Shown: positions 19,084-29,984, counted from the stretch's first letter. The stretch is DNA of 64,000 nt from Verrucomicrobiaceae bacterium (GCA_051252135.1 JBPOGH010000012.1:1-64000); one strand, 5' to 3'. A program made the numbers and translations. The notes: generated by a model not told the origin, from the letters alone.

Positions 19084-20466
19084 TTAAGCATGGCTTAGGA
19101 CCAAAGGTCGAGCCTCCTCGGGCACCCATTGCTCCCAATCCCCACCCTCTCTGGCGGCTTTGAGAATATCGCGACCCGTTCGCTCCAGGAGCACCGGATC
19201 ACCACACTCAATTCCCCGGATCATCCCGCTTTCCAAAAAGTGGGCATACAAATGGCGCAAATGCTCGGGCGCACGAAAATTCTCCGCTGTCACCAACTCA
19301 CCGTTCGCACGGTTTTTCCACGGGTATACCAAAAGGGTCACCCCCGCCTTAAAGAGCCGCCCGAAGGATTCCAGAATTCCCCCGGCCAGATTTTCAGACC
19401 ATTTTTCTTTGAACAACTCATTCAAAAGCCCAATCGAAAGCACCATCCCCACCGGTTGCCGGGTGTAGCGGCGGAGCACCCCGGCCACCCGATGAAACTC
19501 CGGACAATTCGAGATCATCACCACTTTACCCAGCGACTGCAGCGTATTCACGCGGTCAATGAAGGACACCAGATCAATCCCCCCGTCTCTCAACAAATTG
19601 CTCAGGGAAACCTCGCAGACCTCGCGATACGGGCGTGCATCTTCCGGCGTATTCTCGGGCGGGAATGAGTTCCCCGCCTGCTTAAGCATATCAAGATGAA
19701 GATTTGTCACCGGCACGAAACTTCCCCGCAATAGCAGCAAGGGGGTTTTATAAAAGGCTTCCGCAGGTTGCACCACCTCACCATCGGGCATAAACACCGT
19801 CGCCGGAGTCATCCCCTGATGAACCAACTCCAGGGCACACAACCGGTTGTCCACCATGCCGAACGGCTCTCCAAGAAACTTCAACATGTCGATCTCAACC
19901 CGCCCCGGAGTCAAAAACTCCATCAATGATCTGACAAAAAGAGTCAGATCCCTCGAATGATGATAGGCCGCCCAGACCAAATTCACTCCCAAAATCCCCA
20001 ACGCTTCCATTTGATCCACATTCTCGGCATCAAGCAGCCGGGTGTGTAACAAGATTGTTCCCGCGGGAGCACCCGGCTTGATCTGATACCGAATCCCCAT
20101 CCAACCATGACACTCTCCCGTGTCCATGTAGCCCCTGGCTCGTACGGTATTGCTCAGGGAGAAAAAACGGGAAGCTTCCCCCCGTGACTCTTCCAACCGT
20201 TGCTCCAGCAACTCATACTCATAGTCGATCATATCGACCAATCGCTCCTGGGACACGTAGCGCTCGCACTTACCATAAAGCGCGTCACTGATTGTCATAT
20301 CATAGGCGGAGATTGTCTTGGCCACCGTTCCTGCCGAACCCGATGCCCTAAAGAATCGATTGGCAACCTCCTGCCCCGCCCCAATCTCGGCAAACGTCCC
20401 GTAGATCGTCGGATCGAGATTAATCATCAGGGCCTTATCGTCGGCGGATAGCGGAATATCATTCAT
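19084..20466 (-). CDS. Conserved protein with C-terminal HIGH-like nucleotidyltransferase domain
   Basis: N-terminal YGTFAEIGAGQEV and KTISAYD; C-terminal LLRGSFVPVTNLH. Start overlaps the upstream stop. Confidence 0.65.
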   Translation of the reverse strand: MNDIPLSADDKALMINLDPTIYGTFAEIGAGQEVANRFFRASGSAGTVAKTISAYDMTISDALYGKCERYVSQERLVDMIDYEYELLEQRLEESRGEASRFFSLSNTVRARGYMDTGECHGWMGIRYQIKPGAPAGTILLHTRLLDAENVDQMEALGILGVNLVWAAYHHSRDLTLFVRSLMEFLTPGRVEIDMLKFLGEPFGMVDNRLCALELVHQGMTPATVFMPDGEVVQPAEAFYKTPLLLLRGSFVPVTNLHLDMLKQAGNSFPPENTPEDARPYREVCEVSLSNLLRDGGIDLVSFIDRVNTLQSLGKVVMISNCPEFHRVAGVLRRYTRQPVGMVLSIGLLNELFKEKWSENLAGGILESFGRLFKAGVTLLVYPWKNRANGELVTAENFRAPEHLRHLYAHFLESGMIRGIECGDPVLLERTGRDILKAAREGGDWEQWVPEEARPLVLSHA

Positions 20467-21718
20467 CGTCAGATTTTGAAGGGGCTGGGTAAATCCAACC
20501 ATCGGTATATACCCTCGTCAGGATCACCTGATCATCCGCTCTGCCCCCTTCGGGATAGCGAACCGAAACCACCATCGGAATCTCGCTCCTCGAACTGAGA
20601 GTCCGGATAAGCCGCTCGGTCAACTGACTGTTCTTTTCGGCATATGCCCAGAGTGACCGGTCCTGATCCTGAAAAAACAATTTTACCGAATACCACTTCC
20701 GGTCATCACTAAATCCATAATTGTAGTACTTCTGGGACGTCACGTAAGCCCGCATCAGAACCTCTCCCTTGGGCTTCAAAAGAATCATCTTGTTCGCGGG
20801 CACCTCGCAATATCCCACCCAACTTTCCCAATCGACGAAGTACTCGTCCTTCACCTTCAAAATGGCGATCGGCTTGGAGGAAAAATCGTTCAATTGAACG
20901 TAGCTCGAAAGTAGATTTCCGCGGTAAGTGACCTGACTCTTATCAAAATTCCTGAGGCGTTCGGGCTCGATATCCTCGCTCCCGTAATAATTCTCCATCA
21001 GCGGTTTCACCCTCTCCTTGTCACGTATCCACTTCGCCTTCTCCGTAATCGTGGCTGCATTCAAAAAACCTTTCACAGCCTCCTCGGTTGCCTCCAGATC
21101 GAACTTGTCAAACTCTTCAACCAACTCCCGGGCAGTGTCATCTTCCGGAGCTCTCGGAGTGGCTTCACTGCCCATCGCAATCTCTTCCTGGGCTTGCTGA
21201 AGCAGAGTCGGCCCCGCTGCACTGACGACTCTCGCCTTCGCAGGAGAAGTTTTCACAAAGTAGACACCTACTCCGATCGCCGCCACCGCCAATAGCGAGA
21301 CAACACCCACCACCATCCAGGGAAATCCGGCCTCTTCCACGGGATCCCCTTCCTCCCAATCCAGTTTGTCCGCATTTGCTCCTGAAAACTTGCGGCGCCT
21401 TCTCGAGCTGTCGTTCCAATCGGCTTTGCCCTCCTCCATCTGACTGGGATCGACAATCTCAGCCTTGGCAAACTCCTTCTTCTCTTCCTGGCTTAGATCC
21501 GACTCTTCGGCCTCAGCGGCCGGAGATGCCACTTTTGATGGACCCTGGGAGGCTCGGAGCTCATCAAGCGTTGGGATCAACAGGCGCGCAGCACATGCCG
21601 GACACCTTCCATGTTCGCCGGCACTCTCCCGGGTAACACGGAATAACCCGAAACAGGACGGACATTGAAATGGAAGCCATTTCGCAGGAGGGCGTGAAGA
21701 CGAAGTTTCGGCGGACAT
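20459..21718 (-). CDS. Hypothetical bitopic protein with N-terminal zinc ribbon
   Basis: CPSC...CPAC, acidic linker, one TM and a large C-terminal domain. Confidence 0.8.
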   Translation of the reverse strand: MSAETSSSRPPAKWLPFQCPSCFGLFRVTRESAGEHGRCPACAARLLIPTLDELRASQGPSKVASPAAEAEESDLSQEEKKEFAKAEIVDPSQMEEGKADWNDSSRRRRKFSGANADKLDWEEGDPVEEAGFPWMVVGVVSLLAVAAIGVGVYFVKTSPAKARVVSAAGPTLLQQAQEEIAMGSEATPRAPEDDTARELVEEFDKFDLEATEEAVKGFLNAATITEKAKWIRDKERVKPLMENYYGSEDIEPERLRNFDKSQVTYRGNLLSSYVQLNDFSSKPIAILKVKDEYFVDWESWVGYCEVPANKMILLKPKGEVLMRAYVTSQKYYNYGFSDDRKWYSVKLFFQDQDRSLWAYAEKNSQLTERLIRTLSSRSEIPMVVSVRYPEGGRADDQVILTRVYTDGWIYPAPSKSDDE

Positions 21719-21726
21719 GACTGTTC

Positions 21727-24204
21727 TTACTCGTGATCGTGAAGTTGAAACCTGGGCGGTCTGGGTAATTTTAGCAACGCTTCCCGCTCGCCCTTGACAC
21801 GGTCTTCCACGACCAGAGTATTCTGATTCTGTAAAAACCCGTCCCCGGATTCGTCCTCGGGCGCCAGAGTTGGCACCTCACTTTGATAGGGATCGAACCC
21901 CAACAACAGGGGAGATTTTGACTTAATGGGAGCAACCGGAAGCGCCTTCCGCGGAGGCCGTTGTTGGACCAATGGAGAGGACTGGCTCACTCCACTTCCA
22001 TGGACCGAACAAATCCCGATCTGCTCGTCCTTCCGAAAATACTCGCGATAGCTGGTCGACCTAAAACTCAACGAGCCCGTCTCCAAATTCTCCACCGGCT
22101 CATTGCAATAGCGTGTCGGCCTCATCCCCGAATTCCGGCACGCCGTAACCTCCACGATTGAATCCGGAGGAACAATCTCCCCGCCTCGAAAATCAGGAAT
22201 CGCCGCATTCATCGCCTCTTGCCATACGGGGTAAGCCAGATTCTTGGCAAAGGCGTCATGATGAATCTGCTTTCGGGACCCCTGATGAAAACCAATCCAG
22301 ACCCCGCAGGTGATCCGACTGTTGTATCCCAACATCCACGCATCGCTAAACCCATAAGGCGTTCCACTTTTACCGCCACCTTCGAAAGGAGCTTCGGACA
22401 GCCCCCCGGAAACGTCCTCCAGATTTCCTGTTTTTAAAGTATCATTGAGAATCGAGTGAATCTGAAATGCCGTTGCATCGCTGCAAGCAAACTCACTGGC
22501 AGCGGACTGCCCGACATGCTCGGACGTATAAACCGTCTCACCTAAAATATCGCGAATTTCGCGAATATAGGAAGTCTCGGTCAGCCGTGTTCCACCCCTC
22601 GGAAACGCCGTATACGCCAGAGTAGCTTCCGGCAGGCTCATCCCATCCCAACCCACCAACATCCTGTTCAAAAGACGATCTTCAGCCGCCTCAAGCCCAA
22701 AGGCCGATGCCGTTTCAGCAACCGACTCCAGCCCCACTTCAATCCCAAGGCGCACCGTGGCCCCAATTTTGGAGGAATTTAGGCCGCGACGAGCCGTGAC
22801 CTGCTTTTCATACCGAGGGGGCGAAACCTCCATCCCCCACTCTCCGACCACTCCCTCGGTCCCCCCTACCATCAATTGTCGATTGTTCAGATGCTCGTCC
22901 AACAAGGGCGCTGCCGGGTTCCAACCTCTCTCGAACGCCGCGGCATAGACAAAGGGGAAAAACGCCGTCCCCAGCGGGCGGCGGCCCAGCTCCACAAAGT
23001 CATACTGGGAATGCCTGTAGTCACGCCCTCCCACATGCGCCAATACTTCACCCGATGTGTGATCAACCATCAACACGGCTCCCTGAAGATACTCCGGCGC
23101 GTTGGTCCCCTTTTTGACAAAATCAGCATGCTTCTCATGCTCATACCCGGGCATTTTCTCGGCTTCACGTAACTGCTCATCGAGCTTCAGCTCCGCTGAT
23201 TGCTGAATATCCAGATCAATCGTCGTCCGAATGGTATACCCTCCCTGGGACAGAGCCTCCTCACCCACCAGTTCGTGCGCCGTGCGGGCGATGCGCTCAT
23301 ACAAATGGGATTTCCCTCGTAAAATTGGCTTCGGATCGAGAATCACCGGAAGCCGCAGCATCCGGTCACGGTCGGCATCAGTGATCATCCCCTCGAGAGC
23401 CATCCGTTTGAGCACGTGGTCCCGGGCCACCTTGTTCTTCTCCGGAAATCTCAAAGGAGTCAGCCCGGTTGGATTTTTCAGACAAGACACGATCGAGGCA
23501 CATTCGTGAATTTCCAGTTCCATCGGCTCTTTGCCAAAGTAACCCAACGACGCCGAACGCACCCCGTAATACCCCGAACCAAAGGGAACCCGATTGATGT
23601 AATATTCCAGAATCTGGTTCTTCACCACCTTCTTCCGTTCCGATTCGTCGGGATACTTTCCCTCGAACTGTTTGTGCATCGCCTGCTCAATTCTCAATGC
23701 CAAAAAAGCCTCCACAATCTTGCGCTCATAACCACTCTGGTCATTCCGCTTCGCTTCCCCCAACAAATCAAAAGCATTTCGCCCCAACTGCATCGTCACC
23801 GTCCCCGCACCTTGGGTCACCCCTCCGCTCTTGGCATTCAAATAGGCCGCTCGCGCCACCCCAACCCAATCCACCCCATCATGCTCATAAAAGCGCTGAT
23901 CCTCTTGCGCCAGCATCGCATCGATGAATACCGGGGGAACGTGATCCAACTTCACGATGCTCCGGTTCTCCACAAACATCCGTCCGATCTCTCGACCCTT
24001 TCGGTCCAAAATGAGACTCGGCTTCTCCACCTCCCCGATTCGCGCCAGATCATAATTCTGCGCAATTTCACGGTAGGGATTCAGCTTCTGATTCACCACA
24101 AACAAGGCAATCACCGAAATGATAAGGCACCCAAACACAAAAATCCAAAAGCCCTTGCGCTTGTAAATTGCTGGCTTTTGCGGCCTGTTCTTTCGTCCAA
24201 ACAT
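21727..24204 (-). CDS. Class A penicillin-binding protein (transglycosylase plus degenerate transpeptidase domain)
   Basis: GT51 motifs QEDQRF, GAGTVTMQL, RKIVE and YINRVPFG; TP-like region with GKSGT but GTAFFP in place of SxxK. Confidence 0.88.
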   Translation of the reverse strand: MFGRKNRPQKPAIYKRKGFWIFVFGCLIISVIALFVVNQKLNPYREIAQNYDLARIGEVEKPSLILDRKGREIGRMFVENRSIVKLDHVPPVFIDAMLAQEDQRFYEHDGVDWVGVARAAYLNAKSGGVTQGAGTVTMQLGRNAFDLLGEAKRNDQSGYERKIVEAFLALRIEQAMHKQFEGKYPDESERKKVVKNQILEYYINRVPFGSGYYGVRSASLGYFGKEPMELEIHECASIVSCLKNPTGLTPLRFPEKNKVARDHVLKRMALEGMITDADRDRMLRLPVILDPKPILRGKSHLYERIARTAHELVGEEALSQGGYTIRTTIDLDIQQSAELKLDEQLREAEKMPGYEHEKHADFVKKGTNAPEYLQGAVLMVDHTSGEVLAHVGGRDYRHSQYDFVELGRRPLGTAFFPFVYAAAFERGWNPAAPLLDEHLNNRQLMVGGTEGVVGEWGMEVSPPRYEKQVTARRGLNSSKIGATVRLGIEVGLESVAETASAFGLEAAEDRLLNRMLVGWDGMSLPEATLAYTAFPRGGTRLTETSYIREIRDILGETVYTSEHVGQSAASEFACSDATAFQIHSILNDTLKTGNLEDVSGGLSEAPFEGGGKSGTPYGFSDAWMLGYNSRITCGVWIGFHQGSRKQIHHDAFAKNLAYPVWQEAMNAAIPDFRGGEIVPPDSIVEVTACRNSGMRPTRYCNEPVENLETGSLSFRSTSYREYFRKDEQIGICSVHGSGVSQSSPLVQQRPPRKALPVAPIKSKSPLLLGFDPYQSEVPTLAPEDESGDGFLQNQNTLVVEDRVKGEREALLKLPRPPRFQLHDHE

Positions 24205-24286
24205 GAATTCAGATCGTGCCCCCAATTTGGAAGGTCTCCGACACGCCTTTCCTTACCCTCAATCAGGCCACGGAGCAACCACCGTC

Positions 24287-25336
24287 TTGGGGCGGGAGCT
24301 TCAACAACAAATCGTTACGGACGGCCCCATTTGCTTCAGCGAGTTCATGGCCACTTGCCTCTACCACCCCGTCCACGGCTACTATTCCCGGCCTAATCGT
24401 GCCACCGTTTCCAAAGAGGGCGATTTCATGACCAGTGTCTCGGTCGGCCCGGTATTCGGCGCGTTGCTCGCCAGACGCCTTTTCCACTTCTGGAAAAAAA
24501 ATGGCTCTCCTTCGGGCTTCGCTCTCTTCGAAATTGGCGCCCACAACGGCTCCCTCGCCTGCGACATCCTCGCCGCCGCCGATCAACTCAGCACATCCTT
24601 CGCTTCCGCCCTTCACTACCACATCATCGAACCGCTCGAAGCCCAACGCTCAGCCCTTCAAGACCGCTTGGGGCAAAAAGCCACCATCCTCGCATCCCCC
24701 CCTCCCCAATCCGCTCCCTTTGGTGCCCTGATCGCCAACGAGGTTCTCGATGCCCTCCCCCTTCCCATTCTCACCTTTTCCAACGATCAATGGCACAAGG
24801 TCCTTGTGGATTTCGACCGCGCAAAAGAAGATTTCAATTGGACTCTCGAACCCGCCCCGCTCGAAATCCCCGGCACCTTTCCCGAGGGCTATGTCACCGA
24901 GGGAACTCCCAACCTCGCCGACTTCTTCGCCCCCCTCTCAAGCCTTTTCGAAAAGGGACTCATGACCTTCATTGATTATGGCCTCGACCAGAACTCCCTC
25001 TATCACCCCACCCGTTCCGTAGGGACCCTCCGCTGCTACCGAAATCACTCGATGAAGTCTCATCCGCTCGACCACCCGGGCGAACAGGATCTCACTGCCG
25101 ATGTCAACTTCACCGCCGTGGAAGACGCCGCACGCTCCCACGGACTTGAATCCTTGCGCATCCTCGATCAAAGCCGCTTCCTCACCCATTGCGCCAAGGA
25201 ATGGCTCGTCTCCGGCAACCCTCCCACTCCCTCCGAGCTCCGCCAATTCCAGACCCTCGTCCATCCCAGCCAATTCGGAACCCGCTTCTACGCCCTGGAG
25301 CTCTCAAAAGGCCATCCGGACGGAGAACTTCCATAA
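24287..25336 (+). CDS. SAM-dependent methyltransferase, MidA/NDUFAF7 family
   Basis: FSEFMATCLY...GYY, GDFMTS, EIGAHNGSLA, ANEVLDALP, IDYG and QDLTADVNF. TTG start is inferred to avoid overlap with the PBP. Confidence 0.88.
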   Translation: MGRELQQQIVTDGPICFSEFMATCLYHPVHGYYSRPNRATVSKEGDFMTSVSVGPVFGALLARRLFHFWKKNGSPSGFALFEIGAHNGSLACDILAAADQLSTSFASALHYHIIEPLEAQRSALQDRLGQKATILASPPPQSAPFGALIANEVLDALPLPILTFSNDQWHKVLVDFDRAKEDFNWTLEPAPLEIPGTFPEGYVTEGTPNLADFFAPLSSLFEKGLMTFIDYGLDQNSLYHPTRSVGTLRCYRNHSMKSHPLDHPGEQDLTADVNFTAVEDAARSHGLESLRILDQSRFLTHCAKEWLVSGNPPTPSELRQFQTLVHPSQFGTRFYALELSKGHPDGELP

Positions 25337-25377
25337 AAAAAGCCCCGCGTTTCTCAAAACGCAGGGCTTGGAAAAGT
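25337..25377. terminator. Probable terminator between convergent genes
   Basis: AAGCCCCGCGTTT-CTC-AAAACGCAGGGCTT imperfect hairpin with a flanking A-run. Confidence 0.6.
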
Positions 25378-25392
25378 AAGGCGCCGGTCGCC

Positions 25393-27000
25393 CTAGTTGA
25401 TCCCAAAATTAAGCTCCAACTGCGGAAGCTCCTTCTTCAGCGCCTCACCGCCCTCGGGAGTTGCCTGGGAATCCCAAAGATACAGCTTCTTCAGATTCGT
25501 GAGCGACTTCAGTTTCTTAATTCCTTCGTCACTCACCTTCGTCCCGTAGAGGTTCAGGGACTCCAGGTTGGAAAGCTTGGAAACCGCATCCAGCCCCTTG
25601 TCCGTAATTGCCGTCTGACTCAGATTCAACTTCTTAAGATTCTGCATTTTGGGCAACGCCGCCTCAAGCGCAGCTTCAGTAACCGACGTCGAACCAAGCT
25701 GCAACGAGGTCAGTGACTCCGCCACAGGCTCAAGCTTCGCAAGTTGTTCGTCACCCATCGACTGACGGAGACTGACTGCCGTAAACTCGAGCTCAGAAGA
25801 TTTCTGAGAAACATAGTTGATGGCATTCTTGAGTTGCTCGTCTTGCTTCAGCTCACCCAAAGCAGAATCAAGGGATTCACGCTTCTTGCGCTTCTCTTCC
25901 TCGACCTTGTTCGCGGCGTCCTCCTCCGCCTGCTTCATCGCAGCCAGCTCTTCCGGACTTACCAACTTGCCCACCGCTTCAAGAATCTCAGGAGGAGCTC
26001 CCATCTCGGTCAATGTCTTATCCACAAGCTCGTCACTCTTCGGAAGCGAAGCGACCCACCAGTCAAGAATGGCAATCTCGTGCTCTTCAAGCTGCTCCTT
26101 CTTCGGAGGAGGCATGTGCATATCATCGTCCTTCGGAAGATGAATCACCTCAATCATGTAACTCTCCTTGACGTCGCCTGGCACCAAAGCTGCAGCCTCG
26201 CTACCACCTTCAAGAAGTGCTTCCCAGCTGTCCATGTATAGGTCCCCCTTGTTCTTATCGGCCTTCACCGAGTGACACGCGTAACATTTGTTATCCAGAA
26301 TCGGCACCACCACATCAGCATAGGCCAATCGGTCAGCCACCGGCTTGGTCACCCCGGGAGCCGCATCTTCCTGCTCTTCCGGCACAGGGGCTTCCTTCCC
26401 CATCCAGGTATTCACCAGCTGCTCAACGCCGGTCTTGCCGTGGATTTTCTCACCACCAATATGGGCACCTAGACCCATCACTCCTGCCGAAATCACCAAA
26501 AGTATGGCATAAACCGGATTGCGTCCTCCCTTTCTCCCACCCCAAACGCGGCTTAAAAACGCAAGGCTCAAAAAGCCCACGAACGCAATCCCGGCCCACA
26601 TGTGATTCGTCCAATCCTCACCCGCATATCCATCAACCCCCATGTCGATGTACCCTGTGACACAAGCTGCCGCTCCGGTGAGGACTGCCAAAAATAACCC
26701 CACGGTCGTGACGGGACGATATTTCCCGAAGGAAATCCAACCGCAAACCTCCAAAAATACCGTCAGAAAAACGATACCAATGGGCAGGTGCAGCACCAGA
26801 GGGTGCATGTTACCCAAAACCTCGGTCACCAGGTTGGGTTCGGCGAGTAACTTCGCGATCGGTTCTTTATCCCCAAAAAACGGCAAAGCGACGAGCGCCC
26901 CTACCAAAACGAGGACAAAAAGGGTTAAAAATATCAGGCCGACATTCCCTTCACGGGCAGCGGCAACTTCTTCTTCCTGGGAATGATGATCTTCAGCCAT
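25393..27000 (-). CDS. Membrane protein with planctomycete-type cytochrome c domain and leucine-rich repeats
   Basis: HPLVLHLPIG membrane domain, CYACH heme motif, HMPP ligand and C-terminal LRRs (LKKLNLSQTAITD). Confidence 0.88.
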   Translation of the reverse strand: MAEDHHSQEEEVAAAREGNVGLIFLTLFVLVLVGALVALPFFGDKEPIAKLLAEPNLVTEVLGNMHPLVLHLPIGIVFLTVFLEVCGWISFGKYRPVTTVGLFLAVLTGAAACVTGYIDMGVDGYAGEDWTNHMWAGIAFVGFLSLAFLSRVWGGRKGGRNPVYAILLVISAGVMGLGAHIGGEKIHGKTGVEQLVNTWMGKEAPVPEEQEDAAPGVTKPVADRLAYADVVVPILDNKCYACHSVKADKNKGDLYMDSWEALLEGGSEAAALVPGDVKESYMIEVIHLPKDDDMHMPPPKKEQLEEHEIAILDWWVASLPKSDELVDKTLTEMGAPPEILEAVGKLVSPEELAAMKQAEEDAANKVEEEKRKKRESLDSALGELKQDEQLKNAINYVSQKSSELEFTAVSLRQSMGDEQLAKLEPVAESLTSLQLGSTSVTEAALEAALPKMQNLKKLNLSQTAITDKGLDAVSKLSNLESLNLYGTKVSDEGIKKLKSLTNLKKLYLWDSQATPEGGEALKKELPQLELNFGIN

Positions 27001-27053
27001 GGGTGTGGTCGTTCTTACGAGAACTTGTAAGACAGTCTTTCGATTCGAAGCAC

Positions 27054-27251
27054 TTAATCAATCTCAATTATCGGCCCCCTTGCAGGTTCCTTCCCCTTCT
27101 TCCTGGCATTGCGCTCCCTCAGAATATCGGAAAGCGTTTTCAGAAAAATCGCCAACGCCACTCCCTCATCCACCAGAAGCAACGGATCGGGAAGCCAACC
27201 CAGAATAAAAACGTAGATTCCGGAAAGGATCAGAATATGCTTCTTCTTCAT
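27054..27251 (-). CDS. Small membrane protein (YkvA/DUF1232-like)
   Basis: MKKKHILILSGIYVFILGWLPDPLLLVDEG; the PDPL..VDE motif resembles YkvA. Family call is tentative. Confidence 0.55.
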   Translation of the reverse strand: MKKKHILILSGIYVFILGWLPDPLLLVDEGVALAIFLKTLSDILRERNARKKGKEPARGPIIEID

Positions 27252-27374
27252 AATTACACCCAAACTACCCTCTGAAACGCGTCCATCCATCGAAAAAATC
27301 ATTCCCAATTGCTTTTTTTACCATTCCCCGGAGACCGGACTAGATCTCCGCGCTTTTCGGGATATCCTCAGGAC

Positions 27375-27917
27375 ATGAGCGACCTGCCCCGTCTCTTTAA
27401 CTCCGTGGAGTTCGATGGACCCTTCGTCAAATGCCTCACCTGCAGCGCCAAATTCGACGAAATCTCCGCCCCTTACATCGTCAGCAAAACCTTCAAAGGA
27501 CCCGAGTGCGTATTCGAGTACGCCATCTGCCAGGATTGCCACCTCGACATGGTTCAATCGTTTTCCGAGGAGTCGAGAATCTCACTCGAAAATTTTTACA
27601 CCGAGCGGGCCGATATCGACAAACGCTCCGAGGAGCTCGCCAATAACGACAACCACCTCGATTGGCTAAAATGCTGCCTCACCTGCGGCACGGAAGTCCA
27701 TCACCTCCGCGAATACTCCATCGCCGCCATGGGATTCGGAACCGACATGGTCTTCGACCCCTTCCCCCGCATGATCTGCGGTGGCTGCGAAGCCCAACTT
27801 CAGGAACGCATCTCGGAGTCAACCCGCGATCAGTGGGACCGCTTCGTCCGCGATAACTTCGAAGGCCCCCCATCGGAGGCCCTCACCCCGGACGGGCGGA
27901 TTCCCGTCCTTGCCTAG
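27375..27917 (+). CDS. Hypothetical Cys-rich protein with four CxxC motifs
   Basis: CLTC, CQDC, CLTC and CGGC; preceded by TATCCT-N6-ATG. Confidence 0.8.
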   Translation: MSDLPRLFNSVEFDGPFVKCLTCSAKFDEISAPYIVSKTFKGPECVFEYAICQDCHLDMVQSFSEESRISLENFYTERADIDKRSEELANNDNHLDWLKCCLTCGTEVHHLREYSIAAMGFGTDMVFDPFPRMICGGCEAQLQERISESTRDQWDRFVRDNFEGPPSEALTPDGRIPVLA

Positions 27918-27924
27918 AGACCAC

Positions 27925-29700
27925 CTACGGGCGTCGCACCCGGTCCACCAGAGCCTTGATCTCCTCAGGAGGCTCGGGAGTAAACCGACTCACCACCAAG
28001 GCGAGCGCGAAGTTAATCAGCATCCCGACAAAACCGATCCCCTCTGGAGAAATCCCCAGGAAATACTGGTCCGGCGTGCCACCCATGAACTGGAAGTAAA
28101 TGATGTAACTGAAGGTGAAGGTGATCCCGCCCACCATTCCGGCAATCGCTCCCTCTTTGTTCATCCGCTTGAAGAAAATCCCCATTAGAAGACTTGGGAA
28201 GAAGGACGACGCCGCCAACCCGAACGCAAACGCTACCGTCTTCGCCACGAAGCTGGAAGGTGGATTGATCCCGAAAAAGACCGCTACGATCAACGCGCCC
28301 AACGAGGCAATACGTGCCCAGCGAATCTCCTCCTTGTCACTCAAATCGGGCTTGATGATCCGCTTCATCAAGTCATGGGAAATCGAGGTCGAAAGCACCA
28401 GCAGCAGTCCTGCCGCCGTCGACAGCGCCGCCGCAATACATCCCGCCATCAGAAGAGCAATCACCCACTTCGGCAGTCCAGCCATATGCGGATTCGCCAT
28501 CACCATGACATCATTTCCAAACCACAGCTCATTGGGACTATCCGCCACCGCTTTGCTCGCAAGTAACCTCTCACCGCTCGCACCACGCCCTTCCGCAAAC
28601 TCCGGAGCCTTCCCTTCAAAAACCGCACCCGATTTCCCTGATTCGGACTTTCCGGGACCAAAATACTGAATCCGCCCATCGCCATTCTTATCCACCCAGG
28701 CCATCTGACCGGTCCCCTCAAAATCCTTAAACCACTCCGGCGCCTCGGCGTACGGCGTGTCGTGCAGCTCCCCAATTAGGTTCACCCGTGCGAAGGCTCC
28801 AATCGTCGGAGCCGTCAGATAAATCACCGCAATAAAAGAAAGCGTCCAACAAGCCGACTTACGCACCGCTTGCACATTCTTCACCGTAAAAAAGCGCACA
28901 ATCACGTGGGGCAGTCCCGCCGTGCCAAACATCAGCGCCGCCGTGATACAGAACATGTCGATCTTCGAGAGCGACCCGTCCGTATACTTGCTGAACCCCA
29001 ACTCCTCGTTGATATTATTCAGCTTCTCCAGAAAGGGAACAGCCTCCCCGCCCTGGGTGTATTCCCCAATCAGCCCCAGCTGGGGCACCATATTGTTGGT
29101 CAGTGCGATCGCGATGAAGATCGCCGGAATGGTATAAGCAAAGGCCATCACACAATACTGCGCCACCTGCGTGTACGTGATCCCCTTCATCCCGCCGAGA
29201 CCGGCATAGAAAAACACAATCGCTGCCCCAATGATCACACCCTTCCAAATCTCAATCTCAAAAAGCTGTCCAAACACCACACCCACGCCTCGCATCTGCC
29301 CCATAATATAAGTCAAACAGATGAAGATCGCACACACCACCGCCACCAAACGCGCCGCCTTGGAATAATATCGATCACCGACAAAATCCGGCACCGTCGC
29401 TTTCCCGAATTTCCTTAAAAACGGCACCATCAGCACCGTCAACAGGACAAAACCACCGGTCCACCCCATCAAAAATCTCGAACCGTCATACCCGCTGCTC
29501 GCCAAAGTTCCCGCCATCGAGATAAACGTCGCCGCACTCATCCAGTCCGCCGCCGTCGCCATTCCATTCGCAAACGGAGACACCCCGCCGCCCGCAGTGT
29601 AATATTCTTTCGTCGAGCCCGCCCGCTGGAAGAACGCAATCCCGATATAGATCGCAAACGAGATCCCAATGAAAATAAAGTTCCAGATGTCTTGGCTCAT
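27925..29700 (-). CDS. Sodium:solute symporter (ActP-like)
   Basis: Motifs [25 protein letters not shown] and [13 protein letters not shown]. Confidence 0.93.
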   Translation of the reverse strand: MSQDIWNFIFIGISFAIYIGIAFFQRAGSTKEYYTAGGGVSPFANGMATAADWMSAATFISMAGTLASSGYDGSRFLMGWTGGFVLLTVLMVPFLRKFGKATVPDFVGDRYYSKAARLVAVVCAIFICLTYIMGQMRGVGVVFGQLFEIEIWKGVIIGAAIVFFYAGLGGMKGITYTQVAQYCVMAFAYTIPAIFIAIALTNNMVPQLGLIGEYTQGGEAVPFLEKLNNINEELGFSKYTDGSLSKIDMFCITAALMFGTAGLPHVIVRFFTVKNVQAVRKSACWTLSFIAVIYLTAPTIGAFARVNLIGELHDTPYAEAPEWFKDFEGTGQMAWVDKNGDGRIQYFGPGKSESGKSGAVFEGKAPEFAEGRGASGERLLASKAVADSPNELWFGNDVMVMANPHMAGLPKWVIALLMAGCIAAALSTAAGLLLVLSTSISHDLMKRIIKPDLSDKEEIRWARIASLGALIVAVFFGINPPSSFVAKTVAFAFGLAASSFFPSLLMGIFFKRMNKEGAIAGMVGGITFTFSYIIYFQFMGGTPDQYFLGISPEGIGFVGMLINFALALVVSRFTPEPPEEIKALVDRVRRP

Positions 29701-29984
29701 ACTTCTTCCTCCTCTTCTGCCGCAATACGCTCATCGAGGCGGTTCATAATAAAGGCGTAAGCCACCAGAATCAGGATGAAACAGATAATCGAGCCCTGTT
29801 GTGCCATCCAGAATCCAAATGGCGCCGTCCCCACAGTTGGAAATTTTGCATCCAGCCATTCGCGAAACAAAATCCCGCAGCCGAAGGAGACGAAAAACCA
29901 CGTCCCCAAAAGAACAATCAACCAACGCAAATTGGACTTCCAGTAATGATCTTGGGCATAGCCCTTCAGCCGTTTATCGCTCAT
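29697..29984 (-). CDS. Solute symporter accessory subunit (DUF4212 type)
   Basis: YWKSNL and GFWMAQQGS; overlaps the symporter start. Confidence 0.9.
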   Translation of the reverse strand: MSDKRLKGYAQDHYWKSNLRWLIVLLGTWFFVSFGCGILFREWLDAKFPTVGTAPFGFWMAQQGSIICFILILVAYAFIMNRLDERIAAEEEEEV

